Origin: Octopus sinensis
Lineage: Eukaryota
Length of the DNA: 64,000 nucleotides
NCBI RefSeq assembly: GCF_006345805.1
Contig: NC_043000.1
Span: forward strand, 141,112,001-141,176,000
Direction of reading: 5' to 3'
Shown: positions 51,151 through 64,000 of the stretch, piece after piece
How the letters are laid out: each line of letters opens with the position of its first letter
Position numbering within the stretch: position 1 is the stretch's first letter
The notes under the pieces: model-generated
Told to the model about the DNA's origin: nothing
Databases searched by the model: none
What the model saw: only the letters and a program-made list of their open reading frames with translations
Translations under genes and position numbers: made by a program

Positions 51151-51380
51151 TTTTTCTTTATTGCCCACAAGGGGCTAAACAAGGGGACAAAGAAGGACAG
51201 ACAAAGGGATTAAGTCGATTACAGTGTCCCCAGTGCGAAACTGGTACTTTATTTATCGAACCCGAAAGGATGAAAAGCAAAGTCGACCTTGGCGGAATTT
51301 GAACTCAGAACATAACGACAGATGAAATACAGCTAAGCATTTTGCCCGGCGTGCTAACGTGTCTGCCAGCTCGCCACCCT
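51151..51380 (-). mobile_element. SINE family B with 24-bp TSD
   Basis: atattactatataa(a/g)ttacatata at 51127-51150 and 51381-51404. Confidence 0.92.
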
Positions 51381-51404
51381 ATATTACTATATAAGTTACA
51401 TATA

Positions 51405-51735
51405 ATCTCTGTTTGCTGGTCTATAAAATGACTTCTATTCATGCAGGTTGGTAAAATAGATTCTAGTATGTCCATACAAGTTTGTAATATACCCTCTATC
51501 CTTGTAAGCTGTACAACATAGCCTACTTTCTTTGTTAACCTTCCTCTGATATGTCTACACATCTTATTTCTTCATAGCATGCACTGGGTACACCGTATAG
51601 GATTTCTACCTACACCCTTTCTACATACTGAGCAGAACCATTTCTCTGAAGTGATTAGTAACTTGTCTGTTTTCCCCCACTGTAAAATAAAACTTTGCAT
51701 ATTTTTAATTACATTTTGTCTCCTATATTTATTTC
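51405..51735 (-). mobile_element. RTE LINE fragment
   Basis: KWFCSVCRKGVGRNPIRCTQC; the homologous segment is at 60990-61090. Confidence 0.75.
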
Positions 51736-51960
51736 TATATTGCCCACAAGGGACAAAACATAGAGGGGACAAACAAGGACAGACAAAGGGATTAACTCGA
51801 TTACATCGACTCCAGTGCATAACTGGTACTTAATTTATCAACCCCGAAAGGATGAAAAGCAAAGTCGACCATGGCGGAATTTGAACTCGGAACATAACGA
51901 CAGACGAAATACAGCTACGCATTTCGCTCGGCATGCTAACGATTCTGCCAGCTCACCTTG
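51735..51960 (-). mobile_element. SINE family B
   Basis: Reverse-complement family B sequence. Confidence 0.9.
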
Positions 51961-52226
51961 GTCTCCTATAATTTCCTGTTTTTTATCATGTTTCACTTTA
52001 AGGAAGAAATTTCAAAACCATTTCTAGAGAATCCTTCCTTTCAGTTATTTTAAAATCATAATTTGGTAGTTAAGAATGTTCTTTTATTTTTTAATTATTT
52101 TTGCTGATTAACATTGGTAAAAAGAATCTAAAAGATAAGCAATCAATGAAGCATTGAACATGTTTATCTTCATATTTAACTCTTACCTCTTCCAATCAAT
52201 ACAAATGGAATTCATTGTTACCTAAT

Positions 52227-52531
52227 AGTTGTTAATATCACGTGATCACGTGACTGACCAGACCATCAGATGTTGTTACACATCGCTGGTCACAATGCAT
52301 TCGCATTGTTTTAGCCTTTGAATGACGCCACCCCGCTGGCTAAGCGAGCAGGCCAACAGAAGAAAGAGTGGGAGAAAGAGTGGTGAAAGAGTACAGCAGG
52401 GATCACCACCCCCTGCCGGAGCCTCGTGGGGCTTTTAGGTGTTTTCGCTCAATAAACACATACAACGCCCGGTCTGGGAATCGAAACTGTGAGTCCACTG
52501 CCTTAACCACTGGGCCATTGCGCCTCCACAG
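52227..52531 (-). mobile_element. SINE (H1 + T2) with TSD agttgttaatat
   Basis: Matches 35420-35721. The 12-bp direct repeat lies on both flanks. Confidence 0.9.
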
Positions 52532-52804
52532 TTGTTAATATACAATATCATATTTCTGAGACACACCCAGTCGGATGTTTTATTGCTTTATTGTGAAGCT
52601 GACTTTTATGAAGTGTTTCACAAAATGTTTCTTTGTAGTTGGAGTGTCACTTCTTTTTTTATCTTTTGGCCAATCCTAATCTGCAAAAATAACTCATAAC
52701 TAAAAAAACAAAAAACAATACCTAAAGTCTAATTCATGATTAAAATAAATGAGTGAAGAGCTTCCTCATGAAAGAGGTTTGAAATTTATTCCTTGCTTCT
52801 ATAC

Positions 52805-53210
52805 TCTCTTTTTATTCTCTTTTACCTGTGTCAGTCATTTGACTGTGGCTATGCTGGAGCACCGCCTTTAGTCGAGCATATCGACCCCGGGACTTATTCT
52901 TTGTAAGCCCAGTACTTATTCTATCGGTCTCTTTTGCCAAACCGCTAAGTGACGGCGATGTAAACACACCAGCATCGGTTGTCAAGCAATGCTAGGGGGA
53001 CAAACACAAACACACAAACATATACACACACACACATATATATATACGACGGGCTTCTTTCAGTTTCCGTCTACCAAATCCATTCACAAGGCTTTGGTCG
53101 GACTGAGGCTATAGTAGAAGACACTTGCCCAAGGTGCCACGCAGTGGGACTGAACCTGGAACCATGTGGTTGGTTAGCAAGCTACTTACCACACAGCCAC
53201 TTCTACGCCT
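52805..53210 (-). mobile_element. SINE family C
   Basis: Reverse-complement family C sequence. Confidence 0.92.
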
Positions 53211-53271
53211 ATGATATAAACTTCCCATTTTGAAGGGATTTAAATTAAAACCTTTCATCAAAATTGCCTAA

Positions 53272-53416
53272 TATTAGGTTGTCCCAAAAGTTCGTAAACA
53301 CTTGCGAAAATTGAATTTTTACTCGCCAAGTACTAACAAAAACACCAAAAATTATTCCTCAAAATAAAGACCATTATTTTCCAAGACTTTCTACGAACTA
53401 TTGGGACAACCTTATA
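53272..53416. mobile_element. mariner-type MITE (~145 bp)
   Basis: TIRs tattaggttgtcccaaaagttcgta / tacgaactattgggacaaccttata, TA at both ends. The TIR resembles that at 14593-14623. Confidence 0.85.
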
Positions 53417-55274
53417 ATTTATGCTCCAAGAACCAAACTTATATGACAAAGTTATTTTACTAAATTCTTAGTTATTTTCGAAATTAACTGGAACAAAGAC
53501 AATGCATTTCAATAAAATCAGGGTAACAAAAGGGGTTAATATACTATGTCATTATTGTATTTATTTTGAAAGTATATAATTTTAACATTTAATTAATATA
53601 TTTTTAACATGTGAATGTGTGTAAGGGAAAAATGAGATGAGTAAAAAAGAAAAAAAATGACTTGCTCTCTGCAAGTCAATTCTCTGTCTCGGTTGTCTTT
53701 CCCAGGTGGGGTAATTTAAGATTCTAATATAACACCAATATCTTTACAAAGGTATAAAGATCAAATAATCTCTGTCCATGCATGATATTACATACATTAA
53801 ATGTTGTGCTTATTATATAAATTTATGTATAAATACATATGAAACAAGTATAAACATGTGAGTGAGACAACATTGATGAGTATACCTCAATTAATTTCAA
53901 CAACTAAACAAATTTAGCTTCTTGTCTTATTTAATAAATCTGCTTTGTAATTTTTATAAAAAGGCCATTTCTGTCACACTTTACATTTAAGTGTATCGTT
54001 TATGTGATTGTATAATATAAAAGAAATATAAATATTTGTACTTCATTAAAGTATATATGTGTGTTTGCGCATCTTTGTATATGTATATGCATCTATCAAC
54101 TTAGATTTGGGGTATCTCAAATATTGATAGCTAGCATAAAGTCCATATTAATTATTTCACTTGTTTATTAAGGCATAGCGATTATAATTATCACTTTCGA
54201 AATGTATGCTAATGTATTGAATACCATTCTGCTTTGGAAATCAGAAAACCTCACTCTTGCTAGTTTGCTTGTTATAAGCTTTTCTTATGCCTCCAAGAAT
54301 TAAATGCTGTTTACCATCTGGAAATTTCAAATGATGGAAAGCTAACCCTTACATTATACAGAGGATTAGTAAACAGTATGTGCAGTGATAACCTGGAAGC
54401 AATCAAAGGCAGTGATAAGGACAATTACAGTAGTCTATTTTGGAGAACTTTAAAGTTAGAGATGGTAAGCTTTTCTAAATTCCTTGAGTTGATAGAGCTA
54501 ATGAAGGGCTTTATTTCAAGAAAATCTCGATAAGCATGGTTGCATTGGAGCTGCCAACTGTCAAACTTGTCAAAGACAGGTTTCCAGAATCCCTTTGGGG
54601 GTCAATAAAATGTAATGCCAGTCAAGTATAGGAGTCAATTTAAACAGTCAACCTGTAGCCTCAGATTTCTTCTTCTTCCTCTTCTACACTTCTTCTACAC
54701 TTCTTCTCATCATTGTTGTCATCGTCATCATCATTATCTTTTTCTGTATTTCACTTTGTAATCTTTTGTTATATCCTTACTGTTGTGGTTTTCCTTTTGA
54801 TTAATATAAACCCCACCATTTCATGTCTTATATTTCATTCTTTGATGTTGTCTTTTATGTCCTGTGTCCTGGAAGTCAAAAAAAGAAGTAGCCATTATTA
54901 TCATAATTATTAAGGCAGCAAGCTAACAGAATCATTAGCATGCTGGGTGAAATGCTTAGCAGCATTTTGTCTGTGTTCATGTTCTGGTCGACTTTGCCTT
55001 TCATCCTTTCGTGGTTGATAAGTTAAGGAAAATATTATTCAAGTATTGCTAAATGAAATAGCTTTCAAGTACTAGTCACAAAAATTCTAATTACTATTCC
55101 AAGGAAGAGACGAAAAGTTTAGCTGTAGAGATTTTGCATTATTTACTTACATATATTCACAGTATTTTATTTTCAAAATGTATACCAGATACAAGCACAG
55201 TACAAATGAAAATAATGTAATGCAAAACAAGGTCCAAAAATGAGCACAAAAATTTCACCACCAAAACAAAAAGA

Positions 55275-55650
55275 AAACGAGCACTCAGAAAGTATAAACC
55301 TCCACCAAGGCAACACCAATGCTCTCTCAATGATTAGCCGGAGATGATTTTTAAAATGAGAATATCTGAAATTAACTCGACTGCTCTCTCAAATGAGAAT
55401 ACTAAATATGAACCCTACTGCTCTCAAAAATTAAGTAAGAAAAAAACAGAAAAATAATCCAGAATCCTTGTCTGGTACTGGATTGATCCCAAAATCTAAT
55501 CAGTTTGTGCCAGTCACAAGACCAAACATCCCTGAAAGTTTCATATGAATCCATCCAGTGGTTCTTGAGATATTTTTTCCATGGACAAGCAAACAAAGAA
55601 ACGTGACTGAAAACAATACCTCTGCCTTAGTGAAAGTAGAGGTAGTAATG
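55275..55650 (+). mobile_element. Helentron-associated (HINE/DINE-1-like) non-autonomous element
   Basis: 5' cctccaccaagg; 3' atccatccagtggttcttgagatatt...acaatacctctgcc-ttagtgaaa-gtagagg hairpin. Confidence 0.55.
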
Positions 55651-56049
55651 AGCACTTTAGTGAATATTTAAGAGAAAAATATATTTCAAAGAATCGAACA
55701 AAAAAATTTTGAAAATAGATATCAACAAAAGTAACAAGAGTGACACTTTACACAATGTCAGGCATTTAAAATTGTTTGTATAGCAGCTGTGTTAATGTTA
55801 ATTTCGCCTCAATAAATAAAATTTCCAGGACAGAAAGTAGGTTGGAAAATTTTGTAAAGTCAGCAATTTCTCTATTTTTCAGTTCACATTCTTGATTTTT
55901 TTTTTCTTTGTCCAGTTCATTATTTCAGTACTGATAAGGGTTTTGGCTCTTCAGTTTAAGACAATGATGCCACTGAGTTTAGATTTTAGAATTTACCTCA
56001 TTCTTCGAAAATATGCTTTCCTGACTTTATTCTCCCTTTATCTTATCCT

Positions 56050-57700
56050 TTATACCATTACCCTTCAAAACTTCCAGGTTTTTATCTCTTATATTTATCA
56101 ATTTCTCAGATCTTCTCTTCATTCAATAAACTGAAATCATCACTTTTGTGGGATTCTCATTTCTCCATCACAAAGGGTTCTACACTCTGAATTACCAAAT
56201 TCCATTCTGATGTCATTGATAAACACTCCCTTATTAATGAGAAGTATTTTCAATTCTTTCTCAGTTTTGTCATATACCTCCAGATCATCCATGAAAATGG
56301 TTTTCTATCTTCTAGTCACTTCCTAGACGATAATCTAGCTTTTAATTTTTTTTAAATTTTAAGGCAAGTGTGATAAAAGCAATGGCAAACAGTAAACTGA
56401 TAAGCTATCATTTTGGAACTTACATCAATCCATTTTGACTTTTCCGAATGGTTTCCCTCTGGCTGATAATGTTGTTTCCCATGTTTAGTGATGTCAGTTT
56501 GATGTTAGGTTGCAAGTCTGAGCATTTTAATTATCTTGACAATCCAAAAATAAGGGAGCATGTTAGTTCTTTTTGTTTTGTTTTTTTCTTTTTTTATGGG
56601 TGATCTGTCCCATTGCTAAACTGTTCTGTCTCATTTTTTAATTAACTACTCTTCTCGTTGATTAATACTTTGTTTCTCTTGAATTTCACCAGCAGCATTT
56701 CTGTTCATTAGGGAGTAGGTTACATTCTTGTAAATATACATAGATCATATTTGCAAGCTTACTTATAGCATTTTCTACTTGTATTTCATAATATTAGCTA
56801 TCTCGCCTTTATCATCAAATTTGGGACACATCCACTCCAAAGAAATTCAATTGATAATGCAGCCAGTACTTTCATGGGTGTATCTATAAATTTCTAACCA
56901 AACCATTGCAGTTTGTCTAACTCAAGTGCCTTCTGTTATGTACTTTAGAAATTTATTTTGCTATGAGCTCCGGAGTGATTGATCTGTCAACCTGTTTCTT
57001 TACTTTCTTAGTTCATTATCTATTACTCTCCACCAGTTACCTCACTGAGGATATCTTTCTTGCTTTATATACCACTTCAAAACTCTGAATCCCATAATTT
57101 ACTGTTATGTCATTTTACTCCTTCCAGTTTTTCAAAGAATCCCACCTGATTATTTTAAAACAACATGTTTTGCTGAAACTTGTCTATTCTATTCTCATAT
57201 CATTTTGTCTTAGCTGTCTTTTGTGGTCATTCTTTGCTTCAGTTCAATTACAATATTCATTCATACGACAAAGAAAATACGAAGCAAAGAAGAAAAGATT
57301 CTTCTTTGCTTCATATTTTCTTTCTAGTATTTAAATGACTCTCTTACTTTTCAAGGTGTTTGTCCATTCTTGACTTATCTGCCTTGTAGCCACCTTATTT
57401 TGGTATTACGCCTGTTACAACAGTACATGTATTATTTACCACCAGGAGAGAAGAATGTAGCACATATCCTAATAATATTGTCAATTTCTTTCATCTTTTT
57501 TCTCTTTCTTCATTCCATTATATCCTACTTCTATGGTTAGCAAGCTTTTCTTATTTTATTGAAGTTCATCTAATATTTTGATCATTAAATCTATCTCCTT
57601 GCCATTCTTACCATTCTGTCACATTCTGGACTTTATTTTCTCTCTACCCAAGTCAGTGCTTTCTTTCCTCTGATAATTTGATATTTTCTCTTTCTCAAAA
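56050..57700 (-). mobile_element. Old R4/Dong-like LINE remnant
   Basis: Broken minus-strand motifs LLPNEQKC, KFQNDSLS, DIRMEFG. Confidence 0.5.
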
Positions 57701-58606
57701 CTTCATTCACTTATATTATCTTCATCTTCACTGCTGTCTCCGATTGGGTTTTATATTTCCTCTTTAGCTTTTCCTAATTCAGGGTATGATAGATAACCAT
57801 AATATTATATAGAGCATACCTGCCCTTTCAATTTCTGTACTGTCCCTAGAAACATGCCTATCTCATTCCAAATCACTAATATTCTTTGCCTTTTCCTCTC
57901 TTATTCTGTTTACTCATATGGAAACATTTCATTTCTAGCTTATTCAGTTCCTTCATCTAAATGGTTTAAACCATTTTCTTTTTTCTTCCTAACTTTAAAG
58001 TTAGATATTTTATTTTACCTAAACTAGCGGGGTCTGGTCTTAATTGTAGTATTAGGATGCCAACTAATATAGACTGACCTCTGCATCATCTATCAGTGGC
58101 CCTTAACAGCTTCAGCTTTACAGCCTTCACTTCCAGCTTTGAGGTTATTTATAATATTTATTTCCATTTATGATGTTAGTGCATTGAGGTGACACTAATG
58201 GATTTTATTGAAATACTATCTCTATGATGATAGCAAGCCAAAGCTGAAGGGGACCTTTATACCCATATAAGAGATTTAACCCTACAAAAGGCCATCTCAG
58301 CATATTCAAGTCTCAAGGTAAATTTTAAGGAAGCACTAGCACTGATAGATCATCTATAATAGGGTGCCACAACAGGTTAATAAGACCCATAACAGGATTA
58401 AGCATCACCAAAGGCTAGCTTTGTCATTTTTAATTCAGGCTATGTTCTGCAAGTAGTCTAAATACAAAATCACTGAGGTTGCTTGATGGGATTGTTTGTT
58501 TTGTCACCAAGTACTTGACACAGGATGATGTTCTGACTTATTTTATCGGAATACTGCTGCCCTTGCTTCAGGGAAATTGAGGTTGCTATTTGCTATGTGT
58601 AGAGGC

Positions 58607-58761
58607 CAGTGCTGGAATTATCATTGTGCTTAGGTGTGCCTAAGCACAAGGCCCCATTGACCAGGGGCTCTGTAAAGGGCCCCTGGTCAACTGCACCCTG
58701 TCCAAGTAAGGGATCTTGACCTAACTTGCACAGGGCCTCATTTGTCCTAAATCCAGCACTG
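58607..58761. mobile_element. hAT-like MITE (155 bp)
   Basis: Termini cagtgctgga...tccagcactg. Flanks gtagaggc / gtagtgac (6 of 8 matches, consistent with an 8-bp TSD). Internal palindrome ttgaccagggg...cccctggtcaa. Confidence 0.7.
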
Positions 58762-59759
58762 GTAGTGACAAAGGGTGTAAGGAGCAAAGACACTATCATA
58801 ATATGTGAAGGTAGTGGTAAAAGATGGTGGTGGAGAATGATGACTAAGAATAGCAGTGGTCAGGTATACCCCATTCAGAGAAGCAGAATGTAATGGAGAA
58901 GTGAAGAATTTAATGAAAAATAAAAAAAATAATCTGTATTTAAACAGAAAGATTATTATTGTGATATAGCTTTTTGTACAGAAGTTCACAAATACTTTTC
59001 CATGTGTGGGACATAGTAGGCAAGTAAGAGAAGAAATTAATGATGACAGGTAAGAACACACAAGCACACACATACAAAGACACTTACACACACATGCATG
59101 CATACACACACAGACACTCACACACATGCATGCATGCAGATACATACATATGTATACACAGATATAAGATCATTTATGAGACTTCACTCTTTTACGATAG
59201 ATTTTAAAAAACATTTTCCCAGCCTGGCGTGGGACATAGCATTGCAGTGAAAGAATTAATGCTGACAGGGGACAAGAAAAATTATTACTGTTGTTATTGT
59301 TGATGTTGCTGCAGCTGTTTTGAAGCATATGAACATTTCTCAAGATGACTTAGGGAAATTCAATTATGATCAAGTTTTACTGGAAGGTTTTTTTTTTGTT
59401 CTTGAATTATTTTACAAACAGAACATTTAAATGTAGAGACGTCTGTTCCATTACCTAGATTAGACAAAATAAATCTGCCATTTAGAAGTTTATTTTTACG
59501 AAAATTTTTCAAGCATTTGGAATCTATTTAATATGGCTTTTCTCAAAATAACCAAAAGAAGAGGGAGTAGCAGTGGATATACTCTTTCAAAAGAAAACAT
59601 TAGATAATTTTCAAATATAAGCAAAGTATTTTAAAAATAAAAAAGTTTAAACTGAAGAAACAAACCTAACAAATCATAAATTCTTTCAAGCATAAGTCAT
59701 AATTTGACACCTGAAAATGAAAATTTACTCCACGTAAACAAAAATATCATTACCACTAA

Positions 59760-61400
59760 AAGTAACAATTAGCATAGATTTGTCCTCATCCATATGCATA
59801 ACATGACCAAACCAGTGCAGTCTTCTCTCTAGCACACACCATCTGATGCGTCTTTTCCCAGTTTTCCTCTTAAATTGCTTACACTTTGTCGTGCATGCAC
59901 ACTGACATTACCCATCCAGCAGAGCATGTTAGCTTCATTTCTTTCAAGCCTTCACAAATCGTCTGTAGCCAAAGTCCATGTTTCATAGCTGTATAATGGA
60001 AGGCAAGGTTCACAATATCGGAAGAAAATCGCCTTCTCCCATTATATCTTGTTCTTCATGTAGTTCAGGCCCTGGCAGGCGAAGAAAGAATTCTTTAAGT
60101 ACAAACGTAATCTACAAGCAGTTTATTTACAAGTTTCACAGAACAGGTGAAGTACGTTGCTCTCATCAACTATCTTGAGCTGTGTGCATGGTGTTGTATC
60201 TCTATTAGTGCGGGCACATTGCCTCTGGAGGCACAACATGCAGACAGGCTCAGCCAGTGAAGTGTGCTCAGCAAGCACTGCTGTGTAGAAGCGGAGAGAG
60301 AGAGAGAATGAATCTGTTTCTGTTTTGCCCTTACATACAGTTTGCCATTGCGAGCCTCGTTGTGATCTTGCGCATGGCAAATGGATGCAGGTGAGGTCTC
60401 GCTCCAGTCTCCAAGATGGCAATGGCTGCCATCAGATCTCATCAAATATGGTGCTGACTGCTTGTGCTACTACAGCTGTATGTACACAGGCATCATACAA
60501 TCTGACCGTCATTCTGAGGGTGAGGCCCTTAGTTACCAACAAAGGTAGAAGCCCTCTGAACTTTGCCTGGCCTGTTCTTATTCTAGCAACTACACTTTCA
60601 GAACTTTTTCCATCACTGCTAACTTGGTCTCCTAGGTAACAAAAGATGTCTACTACTTCTGTGCATTTGTAGTCCTGCCACACACAAAGACTACTTACTC
60701 TTCCCATGATCATCATCATCATTGTTCGACCGTGGTCGAGACAATGGAATTTACCATGCTATGCCAGACTTCACGGTCCATCATGGCCTTACGGAGGTCT
60801 TGTTGCTGGATGCCTGTATCCCTGGAGATTACATTAGGGTAGGAGAGTGTGCGCCTTCTGGTATTGCGAGTAGATGGCTTCCAGAGGAGAAGAGTAGAAA
60901 TTACTTCTTTTCAGCTCTACAACAATGTCAAGCAAACTGGACTCTCCTACCTTTCATGATACCACTACACATCTTATGTGTTCATAGCATGCACTGCGTA
61001 CACCATATAGAATTTCTGCCTATACCCTTTCTACATATTGAGCAGGAATATATCCCAGAAGGGACTTGTTATTTGTCTGTTTTCCTATTTAATCGGACTT
61101 TGTTTTTGTTAAATTAACTCTAAAGCCCTTAGATTCCAGGCCTTGTTTCCATACCTGAAATTTCTTCTCTAGGTCAGGTAGTGATTCAGCTACAACAATA
61201 AGGTTATCGGCATAGAGGAGCTCCCAGTGATAGCCAGTCTTGAATTACTCTTTTAAGGCCGGGAGCACTCAGATAAACAGGAGGGGTGGCTGAAAACTGA
61301 GCCTTCTTGAACTCCTACCTGTACAATTAATTCATTGCTATACTTGTGGCCAAACTTCACCTTACTGGCAGCATCCCTGTACATGGCTTGTACCATATAT
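59760..61400 (-). mobile_element. RTE LINE fragments interrupted by an LTR-like insert
   Basis: RLYDACVHTA (ends ~60475) continues as LYSYETW..RLERNEANML (from ~59995). Upstream VDIFCYLGDQVS. A second RTE piece lies at 60713-61400. Confidence 0.8.
60059..60474 (-). mobile_element. Solo-LTR-like element (416 bp)
   Basis: Inverted termini TGTAGT...ACTACA, GC-richer than the flanks, aataaa near the minus-strand 3' end. No TSD visible. Confidence 0.55.
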
Positions 61401-61474
61401 ACATACATGTATATATATGAATGTGCGTGTGTGTGTGTGTATATATATATATAAACATACATATATAAATACAT

Positions 61475-61538
<64 letters not shown>

Positions 61539-61789
61539 CATGCTTGTATATATGGATAACCTTACACTCGATTGTGAGTGTGAATGCTACTTAAGTACTG
61601 TGCTTCACAAAATTTTTTATTGATTGCACCTTCTTTTATTGACACTCATTCAATGCTCATATGCTATTATTTAATACTATTAAATACACCACAAAATTTT
61701 CTGCTCAGAGGTTGAACACCTTAGATTATTTCCCCATTCCATCAATAAAATATGAAATATATAAACAACTTTTTGGCCAGTAATATTGG

Positions 61790-62000
61790 TTTCAAATTTT
61801 GATACGAAATTAGCAATTGTTGGGGAGGGCACAAGTTGATTGTATCAACCCCAGTACTGAACTGGTAATTATTTTATCGAACTCAAAAGGATAGAAGGCT
61901 AAGCCAAACCTGGTTACATTTGAGCTCAGGACATAAAGTCGAAAGAAATGCTGCTAATTATTTGGGCTGATGTGCTAACAATTCTGTCTGCTCACCATCT
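61790..62000 (-). mobile_element. SINE family B, old copy
   Basis: Degenerate family B motifs. Confidence 0.7.
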
Positions 62001-63249
62001 TATTTTGGCCTGTAATATTACTAAATGATTTGCAAATATTTTATTTTATTTAGTTTCAGCTCACAAGCTGTGGCCATGCTGGGGCACCGCCATTTGGTGT
62101 TGCTACATGGTTTTACTTCAAGAATGTTTTTTTAACAACTGCCATTTGGTGCATGAGAGAGTTCGATGCAGCTGCCCTCATCTGCACCTCCTGCCATGAA
62201 GTTGGTTCATCTGGGACACCTGACAAGAAGAAATCCATTTTCATTTTAAAGACATCTGCATCCACCCCATGCAGGTCTCTTAGGTTCTTTGGGAGGATAT
62301 TGAAGAGCTGTGGGCCTCGGAAGTCCAAATAGAATAAAAACAGAAAATATTTTTTAAAATTAGGGCAATTAAAACATATATCCATTACCCCATTTGTTCC
62401 CAGGACCCATATAAAATTTTCCACTCCTCCGCAAAGGGCACTACTGTCACTTTCAAAAATATTCCTTTATTAGTGATCATGTATATATGTGTGAATCTGT
62501 GCATGTGTGTGCATATCATTAAATATACATGCAATTGTGTGTTCATGTTCCATCCAAGAGAATCTTTGGAGTGTTTTGCAAATATTTCTAAGTATGTATG
62601 AATGTCTGTATGAATTTATACACATATACATGTATATTTGATTGTATGTGTAATACTTTCAGGCAAAGTGAATTATATTGTTGTTGTTAACTGCAACTGG
62701 TTTGTCCTGTTTGAACAGCCCTGTTATCGAAGGCATTTCAAGTGAGATCATCTTTTCAGGTAATGTTTATCTTAGGTTACATTATTCAATATATCCTTTA
62801 TTTTTAAAATAATAGTAAAGAGAGTTACGATAAATTTGGCTAGTGTTTCATTGGCTCATAATACGTAGTTTATAATCATATAAGCCTTGCCTAAAGCACT
62901 CCAAGACCCTTTGGAGCCATAGGGGTAACCATCATGAAATACATTGTTCCGGGCAATCTTTAGACATAGTGGAACCCATCCCTTTCTAATCCTATGTACA
63001 GCAATTTTCTACAAGACAGTGTGTGTTTGTGTGTTTGTGTGTGTGTGTGTGGGAGAGAGAGAAGGAAGAGGGAAAAAGGGAGAGAAAGGCAGAGAGACAG
63101 AGACAGTGAGAAAGAGGGAAAAATCAACTACAAGAATAGGACTGGTAATTTATTATGTCTAAAAAGGATAAAAGGCAAAGTTTGGCCGTGTTTGAACTTA
63201 TTAGAAAGCTTGCAAAAGAGATTCTCTCTCTCTCTCTCTCTCTCTAAGG

Positions 63250-63440
63250 AGATGAGCTGGCAGAAACGTTAGCATGCCAGGCAAAATGCTTAGCAGTATT
63301 TCATCTGTCTTTACGTTCTGAGATCAAATTCTGCCTTTCATCCTTTCAAGGTCGATAGATTAAGTACCAGTTGTATACTTTGGTTGATCTAATTGACTGG
63401 CCCCCTCCCCAAAAATTTCGGGCCTTGTGCCTAGAATAGA
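63250..63440 (+). mobile_element. SINE family B, alternative tail
   Basis: gagctggcagaaacgttagc...gccttgtgcctagaatagaaaag. Confidence 0.85.
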
Positions 63441-64000
63441 AAAGAAATTCTCTGACACTACAACAAGACAGCCAATCTGTTGCTTTATAACTGTATATCT
63501 GTGTAGAATGTGATGGAAATGACCGTGTCTGTATATGTGAGGGTATGTGAGTGAGTATATGTGTATGTGTGTGTGCATATGAACATACATGTGTGTGTGT
63601 GTGTGCATATGAACATACATGTGTGTATGTGTGTGTGTATATATGTGTGTGTGTGTGTGTAAACATGGGTGTATGTACATGTGTTCTATGTGTATATATT
63701 TTTTGCTTGTAATAAATGTCTATCACCACAATAGGTTTAAATGTAAAATTTTCATGATGCAAACTTTTGTCGAAGTGAAGATAACAATTATATTTAAACA
63801 CATTTTTAACTCTTGTTAAACTATCCCCAATCTGGTTTTCTTTGAACATCACTGACTTCCAAGAAAATTCTGTAAAAAAGCTAATTTAGAATGCCAATTT
63901 AATATTAATTAATGAGGTCTTTTAATGATAGTTCCTTTTATCTTGTAATTTTTTTTAAAAAAAATATTAACATGCTTACTAAATTGTTTTGATGTAAAAA

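Noticed and set aside
59223-59386. Apparent 54-codon plus-strand exon
   Set aside because: On recount the frame hits TGA at 59301; the middle is a (GTT/GCT)n simple repeat.
60012-60390. RhoGAP/VPS9-like (LKEFFLRLPGP..DFLPIL), B-box-like (LFCETC) and EGF-like (CHCEPRC) peptides
   Set aside because: They lie within or beside an LTR-like insert in an RTE, the frames do not connect, and the motif resemblance is superficial.

Overview
AT-rich, repeat-saturated eukaryotic genomic DNA. It is most likely intronic or intergenic sequence from an octopus (inferred from the SINE repertoire, the octopus-type C2H2 zinc-finger exon and dense (AT)n/(AC)n microsatellites). No intact protein-coding gene, tRNA, rRNA or CRISPR array can be supported. 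The window contains decayed Penelope-like elements (one flanked by ~350-400 bp inverted repeats, one ending in a long foldback), a deleted Ty3/Gypsy element, R4/Dong-like, RTE and CR1-like LINE remnants, mariner and Tc1 remnants and MITEs, a Helitron-like and a Helentron-like non-autonomous element, and more than 30 tRNA-derived SINE copies built from interchangeable head and tail modules. It also holds a truncated one-finger C2H2 ZNF exon. Many RTE 3' ends carry an internal VNTR, which in one copy has become a 24-bp array with a 72-bp higher-order period. Several splice-site-bounded candidate exons occur on both strands, some with a single in-frame stop. None can be assigned to a known protein from sequence alone, and chance occurrence is a real possibility. 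Most ORFs in the supplied track are microsatellite or repeat artefacts. Coordinates of decayed repeats are approximate.
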